Source: Candidatus Altimarinota bacterium (GTDB taxonomy: Bacteria > Patescibacteriota > Gracilibacteria > JBDHUY01). Taken from it: a DNA stretch of 64,000 nucleotides. Below are positions 50,930 through 60,125 of the stretch, one piece after another. Made by a program: the position numbers and the translations under genes. Numbering within the stretch: position 1 is the first letter of the stretch; each line of letters begins with the position of its first letter. The notes below the pieces were generated by a model. The model was not told where the DNA came from, ran no database searches, and worked only from the letters and a program-made list of their open reading frames with translations. The stretch is taken from contig JBDHUY010000005.1 in assembly GCA_039809385.1 (NCBI GenBank), forward strand, positions 1 to 64,000, given 5' to 3'.

Positions 50930-51901
50930 ATGAATACCAACGCTTCTCCACTGAATCGGTTAACCTTTAGCGGCAATATCAAGCCGCTTCTGGATCGAGT
51001 GTGTCGATCTTATCAAATTGGCATGCTGAACAGCTTTTCGATTTTGGACGTCGGGTATGAAGATTGTAACGTGCAATTGCATACCGAAAAGGGCGATTTT
51101 CTAGCCAAGATATTTTCCAAAAGCCGTAGTCCGGAGACGATTACCCGCTATGTTGATATAATGCAAAAGATACTGGAAAACGGAGTATCTCATCCCCGTA
51201 TTCTTGCTTCCGGGGATGAGCGGATTTTATATCATGACCCTGAATTGAACGGTGTATGTCTGGTATTGATGGAATATATACACGGAAAAACCTTTCTGGA
51301 TATGGATCGGGCTCCGGACGAAGCCGAACTGCGTAGCATTATAGAACAGGCGATCCTGATCAACCGAATCGAGTATAGGCCCGCTTTTCTCTTCGATTCC
51401 TGGGCTATTCCCAATATCGAGGTTCTGTTTGAAAAAACGCGTGCGTTTATGCAACCTGCCGATCTGCCGCTGGTCGAGCTGGCGATCCGGTCCTATCTTC
51501 GTATACCCGTGAAAACGCTGCCGTCTTGTTTTGTGCATGGTGATTTTACCAAAGCCAATATTCTAAAATCCGATACCGGAAAGATCTATATCCTGGATTT
51601 TTCGGTAGCCAACTGGTACCCCCGCATTCAGGAACTGGCCGTAATTGCCGCCAATCTCATGCATGACGCTTCTGGAAACACTCCGCTGCGCAAAAGAATA
51701 GAACTGGTAGCCGAACTATACCATGAGCGTAATCCCCTGACCTCCCACGAGCATTCGTATCTTTATGACTATACTCTGGCTGCTCTGGCCATGGAGTTCA
51801 TGGGAGCTTATCAGGAGAAGTATATCAACGGTAATGATACGCCCGAAACTGACTATTGGCTACATTTGGGGCGCGAAGGACTTACCCGGGAGTTGCTTTG
51901 A
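50930..51901 (+). CDS. APH / homoserine kinase type II-like phosphotransferase
   Basis: GYEDCN, FLAKIF, Brenner motif HGDFTKAN, ILDFS. Confidence 0.85.
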   Translation: MNTNASPLNRLTFSGNIKPLLDRVCRSYQIGMLNSFSILDVGYEDCNVQLHTEKGDFLAKIFSKSRSPETITRYVDIMQKILENGVSHPRILASGDERILYHDPELNGVCLVLMEYIHGKTFLDMDRAPDEAELRSIIEQAILINRIEYRPAFLFDSWAIPNIEVLFEKTRAFMQPADLPLVELAIRSYLRIPVKTLPSCFVHGDFTKANILKSDTGKIYILDFSVANWYPRIQELAVIAANLMHDASGNTPLRKRIELVAELYHERNPLTSHEHSYLYDYTLAALAMEFMGAYQEKYINGNDTPETDYWLHLGREGLTRELL

Positions 51902-51986
51902 TTTTGAACTCTTTTCCCGTCAGGCTTGTAAGCTCAACTTCTTGAGGAGAACTTTAGACTTTGGACTTTTCACTTTAGACTATCTC

Positions 51987-52061
51987 TGGTGTCTCCAGGG
52001 GGAGTCGAACCCTCATCACTCCCTTCGGAGGGGAGTACTCTATCCATTGAGCTATGGAGAC
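51987..52061 (-). tRNA. tRNA-Arg(CCG)
   Basis: GTCTCCA acceptor stem, D arm AGCTCAATGGATAGAG, anticodon arm CTCCC-CTCCGAA-GGGAG, T arm GAGGG-TTCGACT-CCCCC, encoded CCA. Confidence 0.96.
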
Positions 52062-52199
52062 AAGACAGCAAGCAGTGTAAAATGAAAAGCTTGTCCTGAC
52101 AATAGGAAGGATGCAAAATGCAAAGTGAAAAATCATTGATTTTTTCAAAATAAAGATATACTATAAATGTGCAGAAAGTCTGAATATCAGAAAATCTCC

Positions 52200-52493
52200 A
52201 TGAATACTACCACCATAACGATCGGGAAACGAGGTACTCTGGTGCTTCCCGTAAAAATGAGGAAAGACTTTGGCTTTGATGAAGGCAAAAACGTTTTGAT
52301 TGAGTCTACCACCGACGGAATTCTCATCCGGCCGGTATTTTCTGTTCCTATCGAGATGTATAGCAAAGACCGTAAAGCAGAATTTCTATTGAATAATGCT
52401 GTTACCTTTGATGAATATCAACAACTTCGGGATGAGGTGGTGAGCATGGGAATCGACCCTGACAGCATTCCTCATACTCCGCCACCTAAATAA
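52200..52493 (+). CDS. AbrB/MazE-family antitoxin (VapB-like)
   Basis: IGKRGTLVLPVKMRK.FG..EG...DGILIRPV, then EMYS..RKAEFLL; operator-like TCTGA-ATA-TCAGA at 52179-52191. Confidence 0.85.
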   Translation: MNTTTITIGKRGTLVLPVKMRKDFGFDEGKNVLIESTTDGILIRPVFSVPIEMYSKDRKAEFLLNNAVTFDEYQQLRDEVVSMGIDPDSIPHTPPPK

Positions 52494-52499
52494 ATTTTT

Positions 52500-52904
52500 G
52501 TGGATCGTATATTTCTCGATGCAAACGTATTGTTTTCCGTTGCCTATAAACCGGACTCTGTCTTGTTACAGCTCTGGAAGTTAGAGCACGTAGCTTTATG
52601 TACCTCGGATTATGCCGTTGAAGAGGCTGTCAGGAACTTGGATGAGTCGCATGTACCCGGCTTGAAAAAGCTGCTGCAAGAAGTAGATATTGTTTCTACG
52701 ATTATGCCTCAGGCATTTGAAATCGATAATCTTATCAAACTTCGTCCGAAAGATCAGCCTATTCTTTACGCTGCCCTTCAGGCAAAAGCGACGCATCTTT
52801 TGACAGGCGATATTCGTGACTTTGGTGCCTACTTTGGACAAAATATTGCGGGAATTTTAATACTAAGACCGGTAGATTATCTTGTGCTGAAAATAGGAAA
52901 GTGA
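52500..52904 (+). CDS. PIN-domain toxin (VapC-like)
   Basis: RIFLDANVLFS, EEAVRN, KDQPILYAA, LLTGD..DF. Confidence 0.88.
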   Translation: MDRIFLDANVLFSVAYKPDSVLLQLWKLEHVALCTSDYAVEEAVRNLDESHVPGLKKLLQEVDIVSTIMPQAFEIDNLIKLRPKDQPILYAALQAKATHLLTGDIRDFGAYFGQNIAGILILRPVDYLVLKIGK

Positions 52905-52931
52905 AAAATCATATATTTTCTTTGGGTTTGT

Positions 52932-53405
52932 ATGTACAACCATGTTTTGGCCGATTATGTCTGTCCGATTTGTCTGGGGATTGAGGGGGTCGAGAACGAA
53001 CATACTCTTTTACAGAGAAACGATCTGGTATACCGGGATGAACTTGTGGCCGTTTTTATGAATTCTTTTTCGATCGATAAGAATCCCGGCCGGGTTATCG
53101 TGGTTCCTAATGCGCATTTTGAAAATATGTACGACCTGCCTCCGGTATATGGAGCCCGTATCTTTGAGATATCGCAAAAAATGGCGCTGGCCTTCAAGGA
53201 AGTCTATCACTGCGATGGCGTTACTATACTCCAGAATAACGAACCTGCCGGAAACCAGCATGCCTTTCATTATCACCTTCATATTTTCCCGCGCTATACC
53301 GACGATCGCTTATACGAGCATATTTCGCAAAAGCAAATTGCTCTGCCGGAAGAGCGTCAAGCCTATGCCAAACAACTCAAAGAATGGCTCGAAAAGAATC
53401 CCTAA
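52932..53405 (+). CDS. HIT-family hydrolase
   Basis: CPIC, HFENMYDL, QNNEPAGNQHAFHYHLHIFPR. Confidence 0.9.
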   Translation: MYNHVLADYVCPICLGIEGVENEHTLLQRNDLVYRDELVAVFMNSFSIDKNPGRVIVVPNAHFENMYDLPPVYGARIFEISQKMALAFKEVYHCDGVTILQNNEPAGNQHAFHYHLHIFPRYTDDRLYEHISQKQIALPEERQAYAKQLKEWLEKNP

Positions 53406-53556
53406 TTCGATCTGAATTCTTACTGTTCATAGACCGTCTTGTCCGAGCTCTCTTTTTCAAAGAAAATCAGCTTTTCTCAGCGACACAAAGCCAAATTTGT
53501 ATATTATGCTCTTGTCTTTCATATGCTGTTTTGACAACAAAAAATAATTGCCGCTA

Positions 53557-54741
53557 TTATACAACAATTTTGTTGCTTAGTTCCAGCAAGATATATTGTC
53601 CCTCCGTGGCCCGGTAATAACTCTCGATGTCGGGAGTGGCGCTTCCCAAAATTACGGCCGTGCCGAGTTTGCGGTTCATTTCAACCACCACGCTACGGGT
53701 ATGATAGCGCGGATTCTGGTCGCTCTTATAGCTCCATTCGTGCTCTTCGTCGATCACAATCGTCCCCAGATCCTGAAACGGCGAAAAAAGAGCGCTGCGC
53801 GATCCGATGACAACGCTCGATTCGCGATTTTTGATCCGTACCCACTCGGTAAACCGTTCTCCGTCGGAGAGTTGGGAATGAATCACCGAGATCGATTTAC
53901 CAAACACTTTGAAAAAATAGCCGATCAATTGGGGCGTTAAGGCTATTTCGGGTACCAGAATCAAAGTTTGTCTACCGTGTCTATAATCGTTATAGGCAAG
54001 ATGAAGGTATATTTCGGTCTTTCCTGATCCGGTAATTCCGTGTAAAAGGAATACTTTCTGTCCATTGTCCAGGATCGCTTGATAGGCCTTTTCTTGAGCC
54101 ACGGTTAACTTTTTCAAGCCCTTTTCGTCTATTACCGCGATCGATCCCAGATCGTATTCTTTGAAATAGGGCGGAACGATATCTCCCTCTCTCAAAGATA
54201 GGATGCCTTTCTCTGCTAATTTCCTAAGATACGGTTTTGATACCTCCAGTTCTCTAGACATGTCCTGGAAGGTTTTTTCACGGTGAAATATCAGCCACTC
54301 GGCGATTCTTTTTTCTTTGGTTCCCCGCGCCAGGCTGGCATCCAGGAGGGTAACATGGATTTCCCGATTGACCCAATCTTCCTGTTTCTCTTCCCAGGCC
54401 AGCTTTGGCACGAACAAATCGATGGTCTTAAACAACGGGCACCGGTAATACTCGGCGATCCAGTAAGCCAGCTCGATCTGCCAGACGGCTAAAATCGGTG
54501 TCGGATTCAGTACCCGGCGGATTTCTTTCAGATTTGCGCTTTCTTCTGCTTCCTTTAAGCCTACGACAATGGCTTTTTCGAGTTTGTTGCGAAACGGGAC
54601 CTCTACCAGCATACCAACCCTCACGTCCGTAGAGACGCCCCGCCACGGCGGGGCGTCTCTACATGGAATGATATCCGGTATCGCATAGCTAAAAGCTTCG
54701 CGCGGTAGTGAATAGGACTCCAGGATGACTTCGGCAATCAT
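53557..54741 (-). CDS. priA: Primosomal protein N' (PriA), N-terminal half only
   Basis: 3'-binding domain (FSY..P, GMLVEVPFR), LHGITGSGKTEIY, LVPEIALTPQ, IGSRSALF, IDEEHE.SYK...PRYH.R, GSATP; stops with TAA TAG before the Cys-rich region and helicase lobe 2. Confidence 0.85.
   Translation of the reverse strand: MIAEVILESYSLPREAFSYAIPDIIPCRDAPPWRGVSTDVRVGMLVEVPFRNKLEKAIVVGLKEAEESANLKEIRRVLNPTPILAVWQIELAYWIAEYYRCPLFKTIDLFVPKLAWEEKQEDWVNREIHVTLLDASLARGTKEKRIAEWLIFHREKTFQDMSRELEVSKPYLRKLAEKGILSLREGDIVPPYFKEYDLGSIAVIDEKGLKKLTVAQEKAYQAILDNGQKVFLLHGITGSGKTEIYLHLAYNDYRHGRQTLILVPEIALTPQLIGYFFKVFGKSISVIHSQLSDGERFTEWVRIKNRESSVVIGSRSALFSPFQDLGTIVIDEEHEWSYKSDQNPRYHTRSVVVEMNRKLGTAVILGSATPDIESYYRATEGQYILLELSNKIVV
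54629..54662. repeat. GTAG-type REP-like palindrome inside the priA coding sequence
   Basis: GTAGAGACGCCCCGCC-AC-GGCGGGGCGTCTCTAC, perfect 16-bp arms. Confidence 0.9.
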
Positions 54742-54819
54742 GAGGGACGAATAAAGAATCTAGAATCACGCATCAAGGTTTTCGAATTTCCTTTGAACAG
54801 GGAGTGTGTTTGGCAACCA

Positions 54820-54847
54820 GTAGAGACGCAATGCATTGCGTCTCTAC
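54820..54847. repeat. GTAG-type REP-like palindrome, intergenic
   Basis: GTAGAGACGCAATG|CATTGCGTCTCTAC, a perfect 28-bp palindrome. Confidence 0.9.
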
Positions 54848-54920
54848 GTGAATTTTGTAATCTTTTATCAAAAAGTGTATTATTTCCTTTAGAAACTGCT
54901 TATACTTTAATCTCTCGTTT

Positions 54921-56474
54921 ATGAAAAAGAAAGCACAAATATGGCTGACCGGGGCCCTGACGGGCCTTGCGGCGGTTCTGGTTCTTGCGTTGATGTTTCC
55001 GCCCGCTCCTTCTTCGGTTCCGTCGCTTTCAGGGGGTGCACCTTTTTCCTATTCGCATATTACCTCCTCCGAAAAACCGCAGTATTTTTTGAGCAATCTA
55101 GCCAACGCCCAAGAGTCTTTGGATAAAGGCCAAACCGAAGTGACGGTCTATAACAGCGATCTGGCTCTGGTAAAAGAAAAGCGCGAACTGGATTTGAAAA
55201 AAGGCTATAATCTGATCAAGTATGTCGATGTGCCAACTCTGATCAATACCACTTCGGTCTTTTTTCAGGATCTGGTCGACCCTAAAGCCCAGGTGGTCGA
55301 GCAGTCCTATCAAAATGATCTGATCGGCCAGGATAAACTGCTCGAAAAGTACCTGGACAAGGATTTGACTATTCAGGTCAAAGAAGGCGACGGAGTCAAA
55401 GAATACAAAGGAAAGCTTCTTTCCTATCAGGACGGCGTTATTTTGCTCCAGACCGAGGGCGGCGTGAAAAGTTTTCGCGATGTCTCCTCGATCGCTTTTT
55501 CCGAGATCCCCGGCGGTTTGCTGACAAAGCCGACACTAGTCTGGTCCGTTTATACCGAAAAAGAGGGCAAACACGACGCGCAAACCAGCTATCTGACCGG
55601 CGGTCTGACCTGGAATGCCGACTATATTGCCGTAGTAGACAATGATGACAAGAAGGTAGACATCAAAGGCTGGACTACGATTAAAAACGAGTCCGGAACT
55701 GGCTTTCCTAATGCAAAGCTTAAATTGGTAGCCGGTGATGTTAACCGCGTTCAGCCACCGGCCTCCGGTGGCTTTGCGTATGAAGAATCCCGGTTAGATA
55801 AGGCCGCAGACGCGGCCCCTGCCCCTCAGTTTAACGAACAAAGTTTCTTCGAATACCATCTCTATACCCTGGAGCGCCGGACCGATCTTTTGAACAACGA
55901 ATCCAAGCAGATCTCTTTGCTGGAGGCTAAAAATGTTTCCGGAGAAAAAGAGTATGTCTTTGATTCGAACAGCTATAATTATTACTATCGCGGTTCGGGT
56001 GACACGAAGGGAAAGGTTCAGGTCAAAATGAAGATGAAAAACAGCGAAGATAAAGGCTTGGGCTTGCCTCTGCCCAAGGGAATCGTGCGCGTCTATAAAG
56101 CCGATACCGACGGACAGTTGCAGTTCATCGGCGAAGACCAGATCGATCATACGCCCAAGGACGAAGAGATTGAGTTATTGCTCGGGAATGCCTTTGATCT
56201 GACGGCCGAGAAAAAGCAAACCGATAGTAAATCGACGACCGGATTGTTTGGTTTTGGCAACTGTACAACGACCAGCTACGAAGTGAAACTGGCCAATCAT
56301 AAAAAAGAGAACGTCACGATCAAGGTGGTCGAAAATACCTATGCGACCAATCTGGAGGTGCTGGATAACAATTTCAAGTTTGACAAAGAAGAGGCCGGGA
56401 AACTGAACTTCCTGGTGCCGGTTGCTCAGGATAAGGAAGAGACGCTGAAGTACTCGCTGCGCAATTGTTACTAG
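54921..56474 (+). CDS. DUF4139-domain protein with N-terminal membrane anchor
   Basis: VTVYNSDLALVKE.R, SYLTGGLTWNADY, AKLKLVAGDVN, FEYHLY, GLPLPKG.VRVY, FIGEDQIDHTPKDE. Confidence 0.88.
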   Translation: MKKKAQIWLTGALTGLAAVLVLALMFPPAPSSVPSLSGGAPFSYSHITSSEKPQYFLSNLANAQESLDKGQTEVTVYNSDLALVKEKRELDLKKGYNLIKYVDVPTLINTTSVFFQDLVDPKAQVVEQSYQNDLIGQDKLLEKYLDKDLTIQVKEGDGVKEYKGKLLSYQDGVILLQTEGGVKSFRDVSSIAFSEIPGGLLTKPTLVWSVYTEKEGKHDAQTSYLTGGLTWNADYIAVVDNDDKKVDIKGWTTIKNESGTGFPNAKLKLVAGDVNRVQPPASGGFAYEESRLDKAADAAPAPQFNEQSFFEYHLYTLERRTDLLNNESKQISLLEAKNVSGEKEYVFDSNSYNYYYRGSGDTKGKVQVKMKMKNSEDKGLGLPLPKGIVRVYKADTDGQLQFIGEDQIDHTPKDEEIELLLGNAFDLTAEKKQTDSKSTTGLFGFGNCTTTSYEVKLANHKKENVTIKVVENTYATNLEVLDNNFKFDKEEAGKLNFLVPVAQDKEETLKYSLRNCY

Positions 56475-58276
56475 TACACAATCGCCGGTGGCATCCCGTC
56501 GCACAGCAGCACTTTTTCTTTACCGGGTCCGTTTTTGCTGATGACCGCCTCCCATATACTTGCTTCGCTGATCGCACCGTTGGTTTGGGTCCGTACCTGA
56601 TTGGCAAACTCGGCCACTTCTTCGCGATGATTCTGCAGATTCTCCTGCGCAAAAGCGATCACGTTCGCTCCCGTGCTGTTAAAAAATTTCTCGGTTCCGT
56701 TCTCTGTGCAGCTTTTCCCGCTTTGAATATTAGCCAGTGGGATGGCGCCGTTGGAAAAGCCTTCGTTGCTGCAAGCGTCAAAATTTCTTTTCAGCGAACG
56801 CGCAAACTGGGCAATACTATTTGAATCAGCCGCAGGATTATTTTTATAGACACTTTCGTACCACAGGACAAATAACTGTGATGCCACCACCCGCTCGTAG
56901 GCTTCACGTATTGAGGCAGGATCTTTGCCGAATACAACCACGACGCTTTGTTTGCGCGACACATCCTGGGCATAAACAGTCTCAATTATGTCTATTCCAT
57001 GAGACTGTAAGGCATACGCTGGGATCCCAAGCATACCAGTTGGAGCCCCATAACGACTTTGACATTCGTCGACTTGGGCTTCGGTCGGTTTCACGCAATC
57101 ATAGACAATATTTGGACAATTCGACGGCGAAGCGTTGCCTTCGTTCCGTCCGGTGCATTTTTCCATTGAACAACGTGCTAACATAAGATCTCGTATGTTG
57201 TTTTGTCTCTGTTCCAGATCAGGAAACCATCGTTGAGAGTCTTGCGCATCCTTAGGACTAAGCGGGGGAATGGCACCATCGCGAGGTATGTCATTTTTAG
57301 GGGGATTTAGATAATCATCGAGCGGATACTCAACACAATTTTGAACTGTATCACCTTCCTTGAACGTGGGGCAGTTCGGTTCGATTTTGGTTTCAAGTCC
57401 GGGATTAAGTGCTTCCGGACGGCTCGGATCGTTTAAGTATTTCTCGATCTCCGCCGCCGTCAATTTTTCGTCGTCGTAAAAGGCAAAGATGGAGAGTGCC
57501 TGATAACCGTCGGTTACCACATCCAGCGCTACTTTTATCTCACCCGTGGCGTCGGTTTTTACTTTACGCGTCTGTAAAACCAGGCTACGGTCCTTGTTGG
57601 CTACGACAATCAGAACATTCGCATTAGGCGCGGCTTTTACCGCGATATCGAAACGTACCGCCCCACCGGGGTCCGTACATCCGACTTGAGCCGGGCCGGT
57701 GACAACGGCCTGAGCTATGGGCACGGTAAAATAGATACTGGCGCTTTGCGGAGAGATCAAAAGCAGGCTGTTACCGCTGTCGGACTGATCGGTTACATCG
57801 CACCGGGCCGATAAACGGTAATTCTGATAAGTACTCTTTCTAAGCGGTGCCAAATACGTATCGACGTTTTCCTGAATCAGTTCGTTATTTTTCTTGAGAT
57901 AAATCCTAACATGATCTCCCTCAAATTCGGAAAATCTTAGCTGTATAGTACTGGCAATTTCCCATAAACCCGTATCCTGACGTTGTCCTTCAAATACTAG
58001 TTCACCTTCGTTATTAAGACATACCGGCGATTTGAGAATATCGAACAAAATATTGGCCGGCTGTTCACAGATATCTTTTAACGCTTCGCCCGGTTTGGGA
58101 TTACCCCGGCAGATCCACAGATCGCCTTTGATAAACTGAAAATTGGTACCGCTTACCGGCTCGATTACACGCAAATAACGTTTGACCGTAGTTTGTCCCT
58201 GTCCGGGAGTTGCGGCCAGCGTAAAAAGTAACAAGACCGGCAACGCGTATCGAAACATAATAGAAACGTATCTCAT
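56471..58276 (-). CDS. Secreted Cys-rich hypothetical protein (paralog A)
   Basis: Signal peptide; the first ~300 aa align by eye with the 60126-62138 product. Confidence 0.75.
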   Translation of the reverse strand: MRYVSIMFRYALPVLLLFTLAATPGQGQTTVKRYLRVIEPVSGTNFQFIKGDLWICRGNPKPGEALKDICEQPANILFDILKSPVCLNNEGELVFEGQRQDTGLWEIASTIQLRFSEFEGDHVRIYLKKNNELIQENVDTYLAPLRKSTYQNYRLSARCDVTDQSDSGNSLLLISPQSASIYFTVPIAQAVVTGPAQVGCTDPGGAVRFDIAVKAAPNANVLIVVANKDRSLVLQTRKVKTDATGEIKVALDVVTDGYQALSIFAFYDDEKLTAAEIEKYLNDPSRPEALNPGLETKIEPNCPTFKEGDTVQNCVEYPLDDYLNPPKNDIPRDGAIPPLSPKDAQDSQRWFPDLEQRQNNIRDLMLARCSMEKCTGRNEGNASPSNCPNIVYDCVKPTEAQVDECQSRYGAPTGMLGIPAYALQSHGIDIIETVYAQDVSRKQSVVVVFGKDPASIREAYERVVASQLFVLWYESVYKNNPAADSNSIAQFARSLKRNFDACSNEGFSNGAIPLANIQSGKSCTENGTEKFFNSTGANVIAFAQENLQNHREEVAEFANQVRTQTNGAISEASIWEAVISKNGPGKEKVLLCDGMPPAIVY

Positions 58277-58289
58277 GAAAAAGGGAGGG

Positions 58290-60029
58290 TTATGGATTGG
58301 CGCTTGTCTCATCAGCGTCGGACAAAGCGCTCACGACGGTTAAAAAATTGACAACCGTTCCGTTGGTCAAAACGGCTTCGCCCTGAAAGAAGTAGGCCGG
58401 AGAAAGGTAAGCTTGCGGTAAGAGCACCGAGCGATTCAAATAGCCCACGCGAACGTCAGTAATCTTGGCGCGGGTACTCACCGCTTCTCCGCTGGGAAAC
58501 AGTGTCGCGCGGCTGCTGCCCTCGACCGAACCAACCGGGTTTATCCACTGTACTATCCCTTTCCCCTGTTGCAGGCGCTTCAATGCTTCCTCCGAGGAGA
58601 TCAGCGAGAATCTTCCGAGGGATCGCTTTACGCGTCGCATCCGGTAATCGATATAGAGAACCGTTTTGCTTGCGCGATCGACCTCCACGGTAATCGTGTT
58701 GGCATCATTCAGACGGGCCATACCGTCAAAACCGTCCGAAGTATCATAGACGGACGGATCGCTTTTGCGGATGTTGTCGGTTTCGAGCGTATTACTCTGC
58801 AGGAGCTGTAATCCTTTCAATACCGGAGTCTTCGTGCCATCCAGACTCTCGGCCCGCTTTATTTCTACCAGCAACGTATTTCGATTTTTTTGACGATACG
58901 TTGCGCTGACCAGATAGCCCGGGAGTGGTTGAAGCTTGGTCTGCTCCAGATAGCCCACGGCGATACGTGATAATTCTTCCTTTTCAGTCGGGCTCATGGT
59001 GTTGTTTTGAATGTCTGTAGAGAGCGTAAAATAACCGGGGGCAAAATAGCGAAAAGCTCCTGAATTCTTAGCGATTTCGATACGGGCTCCGTTCTCATCC
59101 TGAATCAGATAACTGGAAAAATCCGGCTTGTCGGCCGACCCAGTCATTCCCAGCTGCCTGCCGAGTTTTTCGGCGTCTCCAAAACCCAGGCTGTGGTATA
59201 ATTCGTAGACTTCGGTTGTAGCCGGGATCGATACTTGGATGGTATTGTCCAGCGTGTACCCCGAAATTTTCTTTTTGACGTTAATATCCGAAGCTTCGGC
59301 ATTATAAAATTTCTTACTTACCGGATCCTGGCCGGTAGCGTCGAGCGCCGCGTTTGCCATTGTTTCGGCTTTGGGAGGAATCGGCCCCAGATCCGGTGTC
59401 TGTGCCAGATCCTGCTTTATTTTTACGATATTCTGACTAAGAGTTTTACACGATTCTTCCGGGTTGTCGAACACGGCGGCTTTGAGCATCGCGGTTTCGC
59501 GTCGTTTCCATAGATCCGGGATATAATCGGGTTGGGCGATGCTTTTTAGCGTATCTTCGCTTAGCGGTTTCCCGGCTTTCAGGTTTTCGGCTTCGGCGGA
59601 CGGTAAAAGCTTGTTTATCAATTGTGAACATTCCTGTTTTTTGAGACCGGTCTCAACCTTTTGTGTTTCGCTTTTATACGCCTGTAACTCCGAGAAAATG
59701 GTCTTGGCCGAATTATTTCCCTGCTGGGCCTGCTCCTGGAGTTGATATTCGATACGACGCAGTTTTGCGGCACGGGTCTGGTCTTCGATCTCGCCGGGAA
59801 AGGTTAGTTCGTAAAAAGTTTCCTGCTTGATCTCGTTCGTTGCAAACAGGCCGCCGAATTCGTCGAGATTTAAAACCGCGACGGGCGTATTCAGATTTTT
59901 ATTTTGCACGGCCGGGTTTGATTGAATTCCGCCGGGATTTTTGGGCTGACTCATCGTTACCAGAACCACAATCCCAATGAGAACCAGGACGCCGATCAGG
60001 CTTGCCGAGAACAAATATTTTTTGTTCAT
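58290..60029 (-). CDS. Membrane-anchored extracellular hypothetical protein
   Basis: N-terminal TM helix; C-terminal ISSEEAL..L..G...YLSPAYFFQG motif (YcdB/YycI-like flavour, unverified). Confidence 0.75.
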   Translation of the reverse strand: MNKKYLFSASLIGVLVLIGIVVLVTMSQPKNPGGIQSNPAVQNKNLNTPVAVLNLDEFGGLFATNEIKQETFYELTFPGEIEDQTRAAKLRRIEYQLQEQAQQGNNSAKTIFSELQAYKSETQKVETGLKKQECSQLINKLLPSAEAENLKAGKPLSEDTLKSIAQPDYIPDLWKRRETAMLKAAVFDNPEESCKTLSQNIVKIKQDLAQTPDLGPIPPKAETMANAALDATGQDPVSKKFYNAEASDINVKKKISGYTLDNTIQVSIPATTEVYELYHSLGFGDAEKLGRQLGMTGSADKPDFSSYLIQDENGARIEIAKNSGAFRYFAPGYFTLSTDIQNNTMSPTEKEELSRIAVGYLEQTKLQPLPGYLVSATYRQKNRNTLLVEIKRAESLDGTKTPVLKGLQLLQSNTLETDNIRKSDPSVYDTSDGFDGMARLNDANTITVEVDRASKTVLYIDYRMRRVKRSLGRFSLISSEEALKRLQQGKGIVQWINPVGSVEGSSRATLFPSGEAVSTRAKITDVRVGYLNRSVLLPQAYLSPAYFFQGEAVLTNGTVVNFLTVVSALSDADETSANP

Positions 60030-60125
60030 AAAAAATGTCAACGAAACAAACTTGACTCTTATTATATAAATCGCACTGTCATCCCGCAAGCAAACCGGGG
60101 TTTATCTTGCAAACGTGTGCCTCTT

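Noticed and set aside
51987-52061. Prophage or integrative element at tRNA-Arg
   Set aside because: No integrase, phage genes or duplicated tRNA 3' end found.
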